A stretch of 59,623 nucleotides of DNA, counting the filler, from Porpidia crustulata (Eukaryota): assembly GCA_964255105.1 (NCBI GenBank). It is 11 parts of 11 records of this genome, joined end to end, with 100 filler letters (N's around TTAATTAATTAA, not from the genome) between each part and the next. Parts side by side here need not be neighbours in the genome. Positions count along the whole stretch, not along the records: positions 38,055 to 43,374 come from CAXUWE010001844.1; positions 43,475 to 48,791 come from CAXUWE010001845.1; positions 48,892 to 54,208 come from CAXUWE010001846.1; 8 more parts are not named here. The stretch is one strand, 5' to 3'. Below, piece by piece: positions 37,955 to 49,124 of this stretch (its first letter is position 1; every line of letters starts with the position of its first letter). Under the pieces are notes generated by a model that worked only from the letters and a program-made list of their open reading frames with translations, did no database searches and was not told the DNA's origin. Both the position numbers and the translations under genes were made by a program.

Positions 37955-38054
37955 NNNNNNNNNNNNNNNNNNNNNNNNNNNNNNNNNNNNNNNNNNNNTT
38001 AATTAATTAANNNNNNNNNNNNNNNNNNNNNNNNNNNNNNNNNNNNNNNNNNNN
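37955..38054. other. Artificial contig spacer
   Basis: N44-TTAATTAATTAA-N44. Confidence 0.99.
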
Positions 38055-39011
38055 GATCTCGACCCTAACTCCGAGCTCGTTGCACGTTTTTTCAAAGTCT
38101 ACAATATCGCCCCTTGTCCAAAAGGCACGAAGCGCACGATAAGATGTTGAAGTCTGATAGATCCGAATGGCGAGAGCCAAGAATCCTAGAATATACGCAT
38201 ACAGCTCTATTACGGCCGTCTGAAAGTTGGTTCGGGTCAGGGTTGTTGGCAGCTGATGGAGAAACTCAATATACGCCTTGAGTCTGTTCGCCGTGTACAG
38301 GGCAATCTCGCATCCGACGAGCAGCGAAGTCATCTGATTTGCCTCCGACACGGCTGCCTGTTAATCCAAATGTAAGATCTTTGGGTGCTTCATTCGGGAG
38401 CGTGGGGCTTCACCTCAAGCAGTAGGCGAATGCCAGCCCATGGCAAGCCCACATGCATGGGATCAACGTTGGCCACAATGTCTCCAACCGCCTTGAATCG
38501 GTCCAACCAGCCGACCACCTTGTCAGCCTCCTCTTTCACGTCGACGGTTTGCCCCCTAAATGTAAATTTCCACCTCTTTTCGATGCAGTATCGTTGCTTC
38601 TCCTTCGCCGCGGCTAAGGCTTGTTCGAACGCCAAGTCGATGTCACTGACGTTGTGGAATATACAACCTTGAATGATTGCTCGATCATCAGGCGAGAGTC
38701 GTTTGAGCACATCACGAAGGAGTTTTGAATTGGAAGATGAAGTAGAAGTTGCCTGCGGTGATGATAGGGGATCAATGCTAGCGATTGACAAATCAGCTGA
38801 AACCGGCACGGCTGGTGCTGCGCTCGAAGATGCATCTTGGGTGGATGATGAATTTGTTATCTGTGCTGATGACGACGTGGCAGTCTGGTTCGACCGAGAC
38901 TCTGGCGATGGGGATGGTAACGGGGACGAAGCACGGCCAATTAAAAGTAAAGTGTGCAAGAACTCGTTGCCGGCGGCTAGTCTTTGTAGACTGAGTGGGG
39001 TTCCTACTCAT
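38055..39011 (-). CDS. Fungal NLR-type (NACHT-associated) protein, N-terminal region; apparent frameshift near 38939-38951; 3' part cut
   Basis: EKRWKF...ADKVVGWLDRFKAVGDIVANVDPMHVGLPWAGIRLLLE, intron 38413-38358, then ...ELYAYILGFLA; this helical domain normally precedes NACHT. The NACHT domain itself is not in the window. Confidence 0.8.
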
Positions 39012-39643
39012 ATTCACCAATACTTGATGATCACAGCTAGTCTCGGATAGCTTCTGACTTAGATAGGGACTTTATCTCTTAATAAGCATCAAGAATGTGC
39101 ATTCAAGATAAAAGAGGGATTTATAAAGGGAAAAGCAATCAGTTTCAATTCGATACTCGGTCTATCGCAGTCAGCCTCATAAGGCTGCGACAAGAGAAGA
39201 TGGATCGTAAATTACAGCGTAATCATTATATGGAGCGTTTAGGATCATTTTGCACTAGCCAGAATCGGCAATCGCTTTGATCGGAGGTACCGACCGGGGT
39301 GATGACCTTGTATAAAATTGCACACGACAGTAGACACAAAGCTAATGATAACTTTTTATCATCGTGTTAAGGTTCTAAGGCTCGGATGATATTATTGTAT
39401 GTGTTTAACAAGTGATGATGACGTCATGATGATGCAGTAAAGATGGGAGATTATTTCATCGTAAAAGAAGGCTCTGAGCGCACAATAGCACGGACATTTG
39501 ATACCTGAATCTTTCGCTAGGCGATCATACATAATGGATGAAGCTGCAATGGATGTGCTTGATGATGTTGCAATCCCACAACCATTATACATTAAACCTA
39601 TTGTTGTTGGTTTGCCAACCATACATATCGACGATCAAACAGA

Positions 39644-40127
39644 TCATATAGTGAAATGCCATCTTGAAATAACGGTAAGATCGATGACAGCCTCATTGGT
39701 TGGTGATACTTCGAATGATTCGAATGAATATCGGTTGGAAAATCTCCGGACAATGAGTCCCGCGTTCTGGCTACGGATATGCAACGCGAGAATATCTGCG
39801 CCGACGCAAACGGTATTAGATATCTTCAATATTTCCCAAAGCTGGTACGTTCGTACCTCCATCAACCATTCTCATCAGCATTAGTTCCACCTTTTCGGCC
39901 ATTAAGCTTCCAAAGTGATCGCGTATCTGGAGCATGTTGTCGACCATTTTGATGCAGGAAGTCCATTCTGAGCGCTCCTGCACCGGAATCTGAGCTTGAA
40001 ACAACTTCAATGCTGTAAGTACCTCTTCTACCAGCAAAGCACCGTTCGTGACGCTGTCGTCATCTTCCTGTGGTAGTTTGGAAGGGATGAAGACATGGTC
40101 TGTAGCGTAATTCAAATGTTCACGCAT
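39644..40127 (-). pseudogene. Truncated relic of a DUF6606-type (DUF3638/DUF3645-associated) giant protein gene
   Basis: LNYATDHVFIPSKLPQEDD, intron 39856-39796, then LALHIRSQNAGLIVRR...YSFESFEVSPTNEAVI. Similarity stops abruptly at about 39682, followed by a stop. Confidence 0.7.
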
Positions 40128-41244
40128 TTTGGTGTATTTTCCGAGGAAAGCTTTTATGAGAAAGGAGTGATCGATATGAGCCCCATAGCATGAATATGAT
40201 GGTACTGATACTATTCTACAGATCTTTAAGATGAAAGAAAATTCAAAGTGTTGGGCAAAACCACTTAGAGTAAGGCAAACATAATTCAACACCGCGCAGG
40301 GGCCCGAGACAATGCGCGAATGGTCGACGTGATGAGCTTTTCACTTAAGACCCATCAAGCAACGCGCAAAGTAGCGGTGAAGAATTATCCATCACAGCCT
40401 TTCCAGACAACTTCGTTTGCAATATCATCCACCACATGCTGAATCTAGACGGCGCGTCAGCCTGCACGTCATCCACCGCAGGGAGGGACTGAAAGGTGCC
40501 TGCAGATTCCGGCAATTTCTTACTAGTGGCCCATTTGCGACTGCTGCCACTTCAATACGCTATTGTGGACGAAGAAAATCATTGTCCATAATCCTAGGCT
40601 TTCTCCCCTCGAAATACTGCTGGAGTTGGTGCATTTGGGTGAGCATCGTGTATTGCGGTACGGCAGTCTTCTGTCATCGGCGCGCCTAGCTTTCGAGCGT
40701 CTACGAAGTACTGACTCTGCCTAGCACGCCTAGGTATCCACCTAATATCAACCTCCTCTCGAAATCTTCGAACTACCTATGAATTTCTCGTGTACCATAC
40801 TCATTTCTTTTTCCTTCTCTCTCACCCCATAATTGTCTTTTCTTGCAGCGCCCGGAAGCTTTCTTCTCCTATCACTATCTCTCGTGCTGGCACAGCTTGC
40901 AGTTGCTCTATTGGCTCTGGATCGTCTACGATCTAGTACTGCGCCGGTCGCGCACGGTTTCATGAGTGATCTTGTTTTCAAGGTGTCAACTTACTATATA
41001 CTCGTCATTATGTGTTTCTTGCAATGCATGCAACCGACGTTCCAGTGGGGTTTCAGACCCTGCGAGTCTCCGCCTGAAGTATTTGTTTCGTGCTGAGCCT
41101 CACCCTGAAATGCTCAGCCTCAACCGTTCCGCCCGCATCTTTTGAAGAACAACATGTCTCCCTCGTAGCTTACATCCATTCTGCTGCAGTACTGAAAACA
41201 ATCCGAGTGAGTTGTCAAATGGCTGCGAGTCCGCTGGCAGCATA

Positions 41245-42704
41245 ATGGCTGATACACAATATTACCCGATTCTCTTAAGACACGAGCAGGGACGAATTAA
41301 AGGCTCGATTGCCGCGGTGTGGTCGCTTGCGGTTCTCAGCGTTCTCCTTCGGTTTGTTTCTCGCAGATTATCGAAAGCTGGATTCTGGTACGATGACTGG
41401 CTCTCCATACCCGCTATTGTATGCTTTGCAAATTGCCCAAATCCCCTCATGGGTTTATTGTCTAATCGTGTCATCAGCTCTCTGCCACGGCTCTGTGCTA
41501 TACGTCAGCCTCCTGGAGTACTACAGCCTTTCTTCCCACTTTCACAGGTACCTTGAGGCTAAATCGTGCGTTAGTGACATCTCAGGACTTCGGAAAGTTC
41601 ACCCTGCTAAGATTATTCATCTCAAAACTCTGCTGGATATCCGTCATCTTCATTGTCCAATACTCAATTCTGGCATTTTATTGGCGCCTGTTTGCGCAAG
41701 TTCGAAAGGCTAGGATAGCAATTTGTGCCTTATTAGCTCTTGTAGCATGTTGGACCATTGCTACGGTAAGTTCTAGTCGCGGACTACCTCCGATATACTA
41801 ATTACTCTCTGGTCAAGGTGCCCACGACCGTATTGCAATGCCGACCCATCAGAGGTTCCTGGGAGCACGTAAATCAGGGATCTTGTATGGATGAGACTCG
41901 GCTTTTTCTTGGGACCTCACTTCCACACATTGTCATCGACGTACTTATTTTGGTCATCCCAATCCCACTCATCTGGAGATCGCAGATGGATCGATCGCAG
42001 AAAGTCATGCTTTCTGGTATCTTTGCTCTAGCAGGATTGTGAGTATTTTCATTTTTATGAATCCGCTCTTCCCCTTCTACTGCAAGACCACGCTCACGGT
42101 GATCTCCCTTTAGTGTCATCGTTATCTCCGTGATTCCTCTGACATATATCATGAGGGCTCAATTCGTCCAGCCCAACGACTTCGCCATACTGTTCACGGA
42201 TGCTCTGATATGGAGATGTATTGAGGCTTGCATTGCCATCGTCTGCGGTAGGTTCAAACTTTCGAATTCCTTCAATCCTGGTAAACCCACATCACCGACA
42301 TCATCGAAATAGCATGTCTCCCATCTCTCCATCCCATCCTGACTTTCATATCCGAGAAGTTCGCTCTCTTGCGTAAGCACAAGAGCCACCACAAGCGGGG
42401 TCCAGAGCTACTGAAAGACATGCTGCCACATAGTAAGCACCCTGGACCTACTCTGCCATTGCACCTCGATGGAAGTCGCGCATCCACGAGCAGCAGAATA
42501 GCGCCGTCCCTTGTCTATGATCGTACTGTCAGAGAAATGGAAGTAGCAGAGCGACCAATGCCAGAGATGGAAAGCATTAATTGCCAGAGGACAGAGTTAG
42601 AAGCATCAATACTCGAGGTCGAATTTGAACCAAGCCGCATGAGATCCCCTGTCGAATTGGAAGCAGGGCTCACAGCGACGGAGATGCCGTCGGAGGCTCG
42701 CTAG
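41245..42704 (+). CDS. Pth11-like (fungal rhodopsin-domain) 7-TM receptor without CFEM, multi-exon
   Basis: LRFVSR...GFWYDDW, SILAFYWRLF, QCRPI..W...C, IDVLILVIPIPLIW, IEACIAIVC/ACLP. Confidence 0.85.
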
Positions 42705-43374
42705 AGCACGTTATTTTCGTCTCATCAGCCAAGCAATACGGTAGAATATGGTCGAGTCTCCGGATTTCAACCTAACCCAACCCAACGGCCGCCACGCTAA
42801 ATCTGATCTTATCAATATTTTCAACGAAGAAAATGACTCGTTCCACGCCGACGCCGAAGCCTCCGACGCAGTTACATCCCGCTCATACAACTTAAATCTT
42901 TCCAGCGTCATTCATGCGTGCTTGCTGAGATGCTCGCGCAGATCACAATGTTGCCCGCTTGTCATTGTCTTCACTCAACTCGGCTTCGGAGTCGAAACGC
43001 TCTTCCGCATCCACGAAGAAGAAGTCGGCTACCGTCGGTGCAAAGTCGACAGTTTTCAGATCGAATAAGAACTTGGTCACTCTAACTCGGGTCAATCGTT
43101 GCCCTGAATTTTCACTCGATCAGATCATTGTTCCTCAATGTTTCTTATTTATTTCATCGTCTTCGAACTTCATTTTCAGATTAAGAAACGTCGACGACTC
43201 AAAGTGCACAAGCTTCTGTATTTTCTTTCATTATTCTTGACGAAGATGTCTACTTCTTGTTTGGTCTTGATCTTTATCATCTCACCACCTTCCATACCCA
43301 AACAAGCAACCCTTATCATCCACCTCCCTCATCGCACCCCATAAACCAATCCCACCACCGCCTCTCCCCTCTAG

Positions 43375-43474
43375 NNNNNNNNNNNNNNNNNNNNNNNNNN
43401 NNNNNNNNNNNNNNNNNNTTAATTAATTAANNNNNNNNNNNNNNNNNNNNNNNNNNNNNNNNNNNNNNNNNNNN
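43375..43474. other. Artificial contig spacer
   Basis: N44-TTAATTAATTAA-N44. Confidence 0.99.
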
Positions 43475-45773
43475 GTGTGGGGGGTGGGGGTAAAGCTGTC
43501 GCTAATGCAGGGCCAACGTTGGCTGCTTTCGCCCCGAGATCTCAGCCTACGTGAGACTCTTTGCACTTGGATCTTGAGAAGGAGATGTTTCAAGAAGAAT
43601 TGAATGTCATCCGTAGATACTACTCACCAATCTTGATATACGTTGTGGAGATTGGAAATATTTGGCGATAACCATTGGCAAAGCGAATGTATAGCATGGC
43701 CACCCAGTTGGCGACTTCTAGAAAATACGCTCGATCAGTCACACGGCATGGCCTTCTCCCACAAGCTATTTGCCAGAGTTTCAATCGGACGTTCCAACAT
43801 CTGCACCTCCTCTGACAAGAAAGCAGATCCCGCAGATCAGATTCCAATTCGACCAAGTGGTTCCCTGCAAGAGATAGAGCGTGATGGTCTCAAGGATTTT
43901 TCTTTGGAATGACGATTGAATAGCGGCATAACGGGATCGAGATAAAATTGGCATTTAAAAAGCTGTACTCGACGCTGTGCTACAGACCAGGTTCAGTCCT
44001 ACAGAGGGCTTGGAAACGACTTTAGAGATTGAAATCAAACCCAGAAACGGGGATGGCGTCCCCGAAGTAATGTACAACAACAGCATCAAATTTTTGAGAA
44101 ACGAAAGATATCTATTTCGAATCTTAGGAATTCTTCTTATCGAGAGTCGCGGAGACTTGAACTTAAGCAAAGGAAGAAGGAAAGAGCATGATCGACATTG
44201 TACGCAGACTGTATGAACAGAGGATCGTCGAGTGAAATCATCACGTTCAAGAGCAACGGAAAGAACTTGAAGCTGAGCTTTTAAAGTTTAAGGACTTGAG
44301 AGTCATGTGTTTGGAGTAGACCCTCGTTGGATGACCTATCGTGGCCTTACGGATTTCTGGCTACGCTAAAATATTGAACAGTTTCTTCTACGTGTGAACG
44401 TGAAAGGCATGACATTGGACTGTCTACCAAGCTTGTGTGTGCCCAGAAGTGTGATAATGTGTCTACAATAATCCAATGCCAGTATTTAAATAGTCAATAA
44501 GCTTCAAAAGGAGCTTGCTCAGACTTACTTGCAATTCTGTGAGTTAAGACCTGCAGCTTTTGGGGTGAGCTATAGCTCTCGCCGCACGGTAAGAAGGTGG
44601 GTGTGAAGCTCTAATTGCTGATTGATCGACGCTTAGGAGTATCTTTCCAGATTCTCGAGTGGCATCATTGCACGGCTTGTTATGTCAGGATTATGGACTC
44701 GGCGCATCCAGGCCACACCAATGCGCGTCATCAAACTCGGATGTGGGGGAGGCACAGGCCAAGCGATGGAGGGAGGCAATTCTAACAACTCTACATTTTC
44801 AGTCTGAGCCACTCGATCTTTTTCATGCAGCCAGAAATCAAATCGATGCTTTTCGCATGCTGCTTAGCTATTTAAACGAGGTGGGGGCCGTTCAGCAATT
44901 GAAAGGAGTCAGCAACACCGTGGGATTGCGCCCCCAGATCTTGGGCAATAGTGTTAAACCACAGAGGGTCTAATGATAATCATGTCTGCTATTGGTTTCC
45001 AAGCCCATTCACTCCATGAATGGACGACTGACTATGTTTACGAGAAAAAACTGTAGCTTTGGGAGGCTGCTAAGAAGTTATGGATAGGATGAAGACGATA
45101 AGACGAAGCAAAATTTTTGCTGGATTCAGATTGGATCTAAGCTTTTTCGTTTGTCTCGTATAGCAAGCGATTATCTTATCTAGGTATGTGCCAGTCTTGA
45201 GTCATTTTCGAGTTTGAGGTGTGCTGAATTATGTGGATTGAGTGTTTCGGACATTTCTAGTCGCCAATTATGGGTAATACCAAGATTAAATTCAACTGTA
45301 CTGTAGGACATTGCTAAGAACTAAGACGGAAGGGCTTAAAAAACAGAAGCCCTTGCCACACGGTGCACAGTATCAACAACGCTTGTGATACCAAGTGACC
45401 GCACGATTGACGCAGTAAGAGCAACTGAATCAAAGCCTTGAAATACAGAGCGGGAGCAACGTGACACCTAGAATTGCGTTACAATATATCCTACTCGGCG
45501 CTGATACTACATAGCCAGTCAACATCTATGGATGCAGTCAATGAATCTACAATATTGGAGAAAAGCCATGGTCATACAATTTGATTATCCGTCTCCCCTC
45601 GAGAATTTCGAGATATGGTATCATCCAAAGCCAAGACTTGAAAACGCCAACGTAACGTAGTAAAGATGAAAGACCGCCGGTGCTATTATTGATTCCAACG
45701 GCGAATGGGAGAATTGCAATTAGTGTTGTTTTTGAAGAAGTTGCTGGCTTGGGTATATTATATAGACAAACCA

Positions 45774-47271
45774 TCATACCCCAATACTAGACTTCTGGGA
45801 GGTGCTAGTAGTTACCATTATTCTCCCATCCAATGCTGGGGCCGGCTTCTCGATACCGCCCAAGGCGAAGCTCTCAACCCCCACAGATTGGTCGTTTTGT
45901 TCCTTGGTGATAGCATGTTTGCTATCTGATATCATGTTGTACCTCTTTGACATTCGACCCGATCGCCGGCCTATTGGTGAGAATATGCCACGCGCGGTCT
46001 CGATCATGTAGTCCTTTCTCTTGTCGGGGATCAGCGGTCCCAGAGTAGGAAGACAGGCTGCGACAATGGTGAGTCCAATCTCTAACATCGTGTAGTAAGC
46101 TATCTCTGTTATATATTCTACTTGCCGAGTCAATTCTATGGATATGAAGAATCTTTGAAGAGGAGTAGTACGTACGCATCTGGTCGGGATTGGAGGTGTG
46201 CCCTGCACTCATAGCGTTAGCAAAAACTGGCCTTACTTGTCTGATGAGCTGCGACTCGTACTTGGGAATATAATAGAGTATACAGCAAGCCTCCCAATAC
46301 TGGCCAACAAAGCCCTGAGAAGCTCATCAGTGGTTGCTTTCGTTTCCTTAGCTCGAGTGAAGTAGCTTACAAAGACCCAAAAAGGAACATGCCACATACT
46401 AAAACCCGACGGAACAGTGGTAGGTGCAATTTCAGAACCTGGAGTCTCATAAGTATTCTTGGGTAATTGAGAGCAGTACAACTGCTCGTAAAACACTAAC
46501 CCAGTATACCGGTAGGGATAGAATGACGATATCTGTGGCAACATCGACACTGGAATTGAAGAACTCTATCGGTGCGGCAGGAAGACAATTCTTGGCCATG
46601 ATCTTTGCTGAGCTCCATAATAACTGGAAATGGAGATTACACTGGAACAATACCCAGAAGAAACTTGCAGTGCTCCAAGCCAAGACCATAGCGATTACCG
46701 TCCAGGAAATAATGTTGAACGCCTTCCCACGGAAGATCCTTCTATAGAAGAAAAGCACAGATAGCTTGGTGGAACCCAAGGCCCAGAATTGTAGAAGATT
46801 GACGATAAAGGTCAACTTGAATCCTGTCAGCAACACCAAGCGGGCAATCGCATTTCGGTGTCTCATCAAGAGTACCTTTTTAATCTTGGACAGCAATTGC
46901 TGGTTTGCGGTGAAGTCAGACTGAGCGGCGTTTCCTATAGAATGCTGGCCGTAGCCACCAGCGACCGTGCCTGGCGCAGGGTGATCAGCTCAAAGTGTTC
47001 CTATTATTCTCGTTTCAAACATCTGATCTACCAATGATTAGAACCACTCCTAGACCCATGGTCACGAGCTATATGATTCATCAGCATTTCGCCTTGAAGC
47101 AAACGGCCAGAAGGCCCTTTACTTGGCCCATACCAAAGCCAAGATAATCAGGTAGTCATCTAGTCCATACCGAGCCTTCCGTTGCTTGGTATACAGTCGT
47201 AAGCCTACGAAGAAGCTATCAATCAAGGGCATCGTTGCGCCCATAGCTACAACAAGAGCTGGATAAACCAT
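45774..47271 (-). CDS. Pth11-like (fungal rhodopsin-domain) 7-TM receptor without CFEM, multi-exon
   Basis: LRLYTK...GLDDYL, GGYGQH, KLSVLFFYRRIF, FQC...C, TDIVILSLPV, EIGLTIVAACLPTL. Confidence 0.88.
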
Positions 47272-48791
47272 GATTAGATGTGAGTTGCGCTTGAAGATAC
47301 GGAGTCTTAAGAAGTCAACATCGCGCAATGAAGTAAGAATCAGAACATAGGTGAGAAGCCAGCTCAAATAAGACGATAGCCCCCAATCGCAATACGTGGA
47401 AGAAAGCTAAGGAGTGAGGTATTACGAGTAAGGTACCATACTCGATTTTACGAACTCGACAAACGGAGGATTGCATATGCAAATATGTCCAGGAACCACA
47501 GCGCGATATCGCCGAGTAACGCATGGTACTCTCGGGGGGTTTCAATAGGGAATAATGCATGACTGATACCACAGCATCTGCGATCCCACGGTGTTTCCCG
47601 GCTTGGCTGTTCCAGCACGACAGGCTCAGGTACAACTTCTTATCGGTGAGCGCTCTGACCAAAGGCTACCACATGTCACACCAACTCGGGTCCTTCCAGA
47701 AACTGCCGCTGGACACAATGCGATTGGTCGCACGATTGCGCGCTGAGATCACACTGCATGAAGAGGGGCCATAAATCAACATTCCGACGATCCACCAGGT
47801 ATGACGATAAACTTGATAGTGTTCAGACCAGCACTCCGATTGCTCGACCTGCCCGTTGAAGCTCTCTTTAGCGAATACTAAGCATAACCACATGGTCATT
47901 CTGTGCATTGGCGTAGATTTCCCATCATCCTATGCGCTTGTGTCTTGGTCGATACTTTTGGCCCTGTGAGCGACTTGTTACGACTTATGGAAAAAGAGTT
48001 GTCCTCTGCTTAAGATGCATAAAGATGTTTCATAAAACTATTTATAGCATATGCATCGGGATACTCGTCTTGATCTCGATTCTATAACCCTAACCCTTGG
48101 TATGATGGCCGATCCAGTGGTGAGTATGGGTAATGTCTTTCATGCGGCGGCGCTGAGGCTGAGTCGAGGGCTACAACCGCTGGACTTACCTGAACAACAT
48201 CAAAAATACCTTATCAGGCTTGACTAGCGGTCGATGTCGCCAATCTCTACAGCCTACAAGTTTCTGATACTGCTTCCTGACTGTTAATACGTGATGCAAA
48301 AGTGCTGAAAATAGATATTTTCATACTCATAGTCTCCAGAAGGATGCCAAAGGATTTACGTACATTGGAGAGGTAGCGAATCATGATAAGTATAATACAC
48401 TTCTTTTATCTTCAAAATGTTGCTTTTCCACCATTTGCTTTTGTTTCTAACATCTCATTCTGAGTTTCGAATGCAATGCTACAATCATGGTAACGTAATC
48501 CGACACTAAACGCACACCCCACCAAAATCAATCTGTTACGATCAGACCTTCCCCAACATCCCCAGCAGCCCACCGGATCAAGGTGGTGCCGAGCCTAATG
48601 AGGCCTAGCGACGCTCTAGCATTGCTAATTTCCCATCACCCCAAATACCGCTCTGCATCCGGATTTCCTTTCTTCCTTAGCATTTATTTCTTCGTTGATT
48701 TACCCCCATAGCTAGGTAGTTAGGAGGCCCCTAACACAATCATCACCTCTGTAGAATTAATTTGTTCAACGAACAACGAAGATAAAGCTAT

Positions 48792-48891
48792 NNNNNNNNN
48801 NNNNNNNNNNNNNNNNNNNNNNNNNNNNNNNNNNNTTAATTAATTAANNNNNNNNNNNNNNNNNNNNNNNNNNNNNNNNNNNNNNNNNNNN
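48792..48891. other. Artificial contig spacer
   Basis: N44-TTAATTAATTAA-N44. Confidence 0.99.
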
Positions 48892-49124
48892 GGTTGTTGG
48901 GGGGCTAGGGTTGGGTTTGCGCTGGTCACAGATGGAACGAAAGGGGCGGTTTTAGACTCGTGACGTTGTCATTGTGTGGACGTTTCCGAGAGCTATTCTG
49001 CTCGTCATTCCTACCGCGAGAGATCCAAAACTTCAATCAGCTCTACCGCTTGTATTCAATGCGAACAGGCCTCTTTCCCTCCAGCTCAGGCCAACTTTCC
49101 ATCCAAACGCCCTGTATATCCCGC

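Noticed and set aside
43475..43920. Possible degenerate F-box/LRR-like coding remnant
   Set aside because: Multiple stops and only vague resemblance; not supportable without a search.
10404..48096. Link between the TCAB1-like gene and the telomere-like motifs
   Set aside because: Different, unlinked contigs; co-occurrence is accidental.
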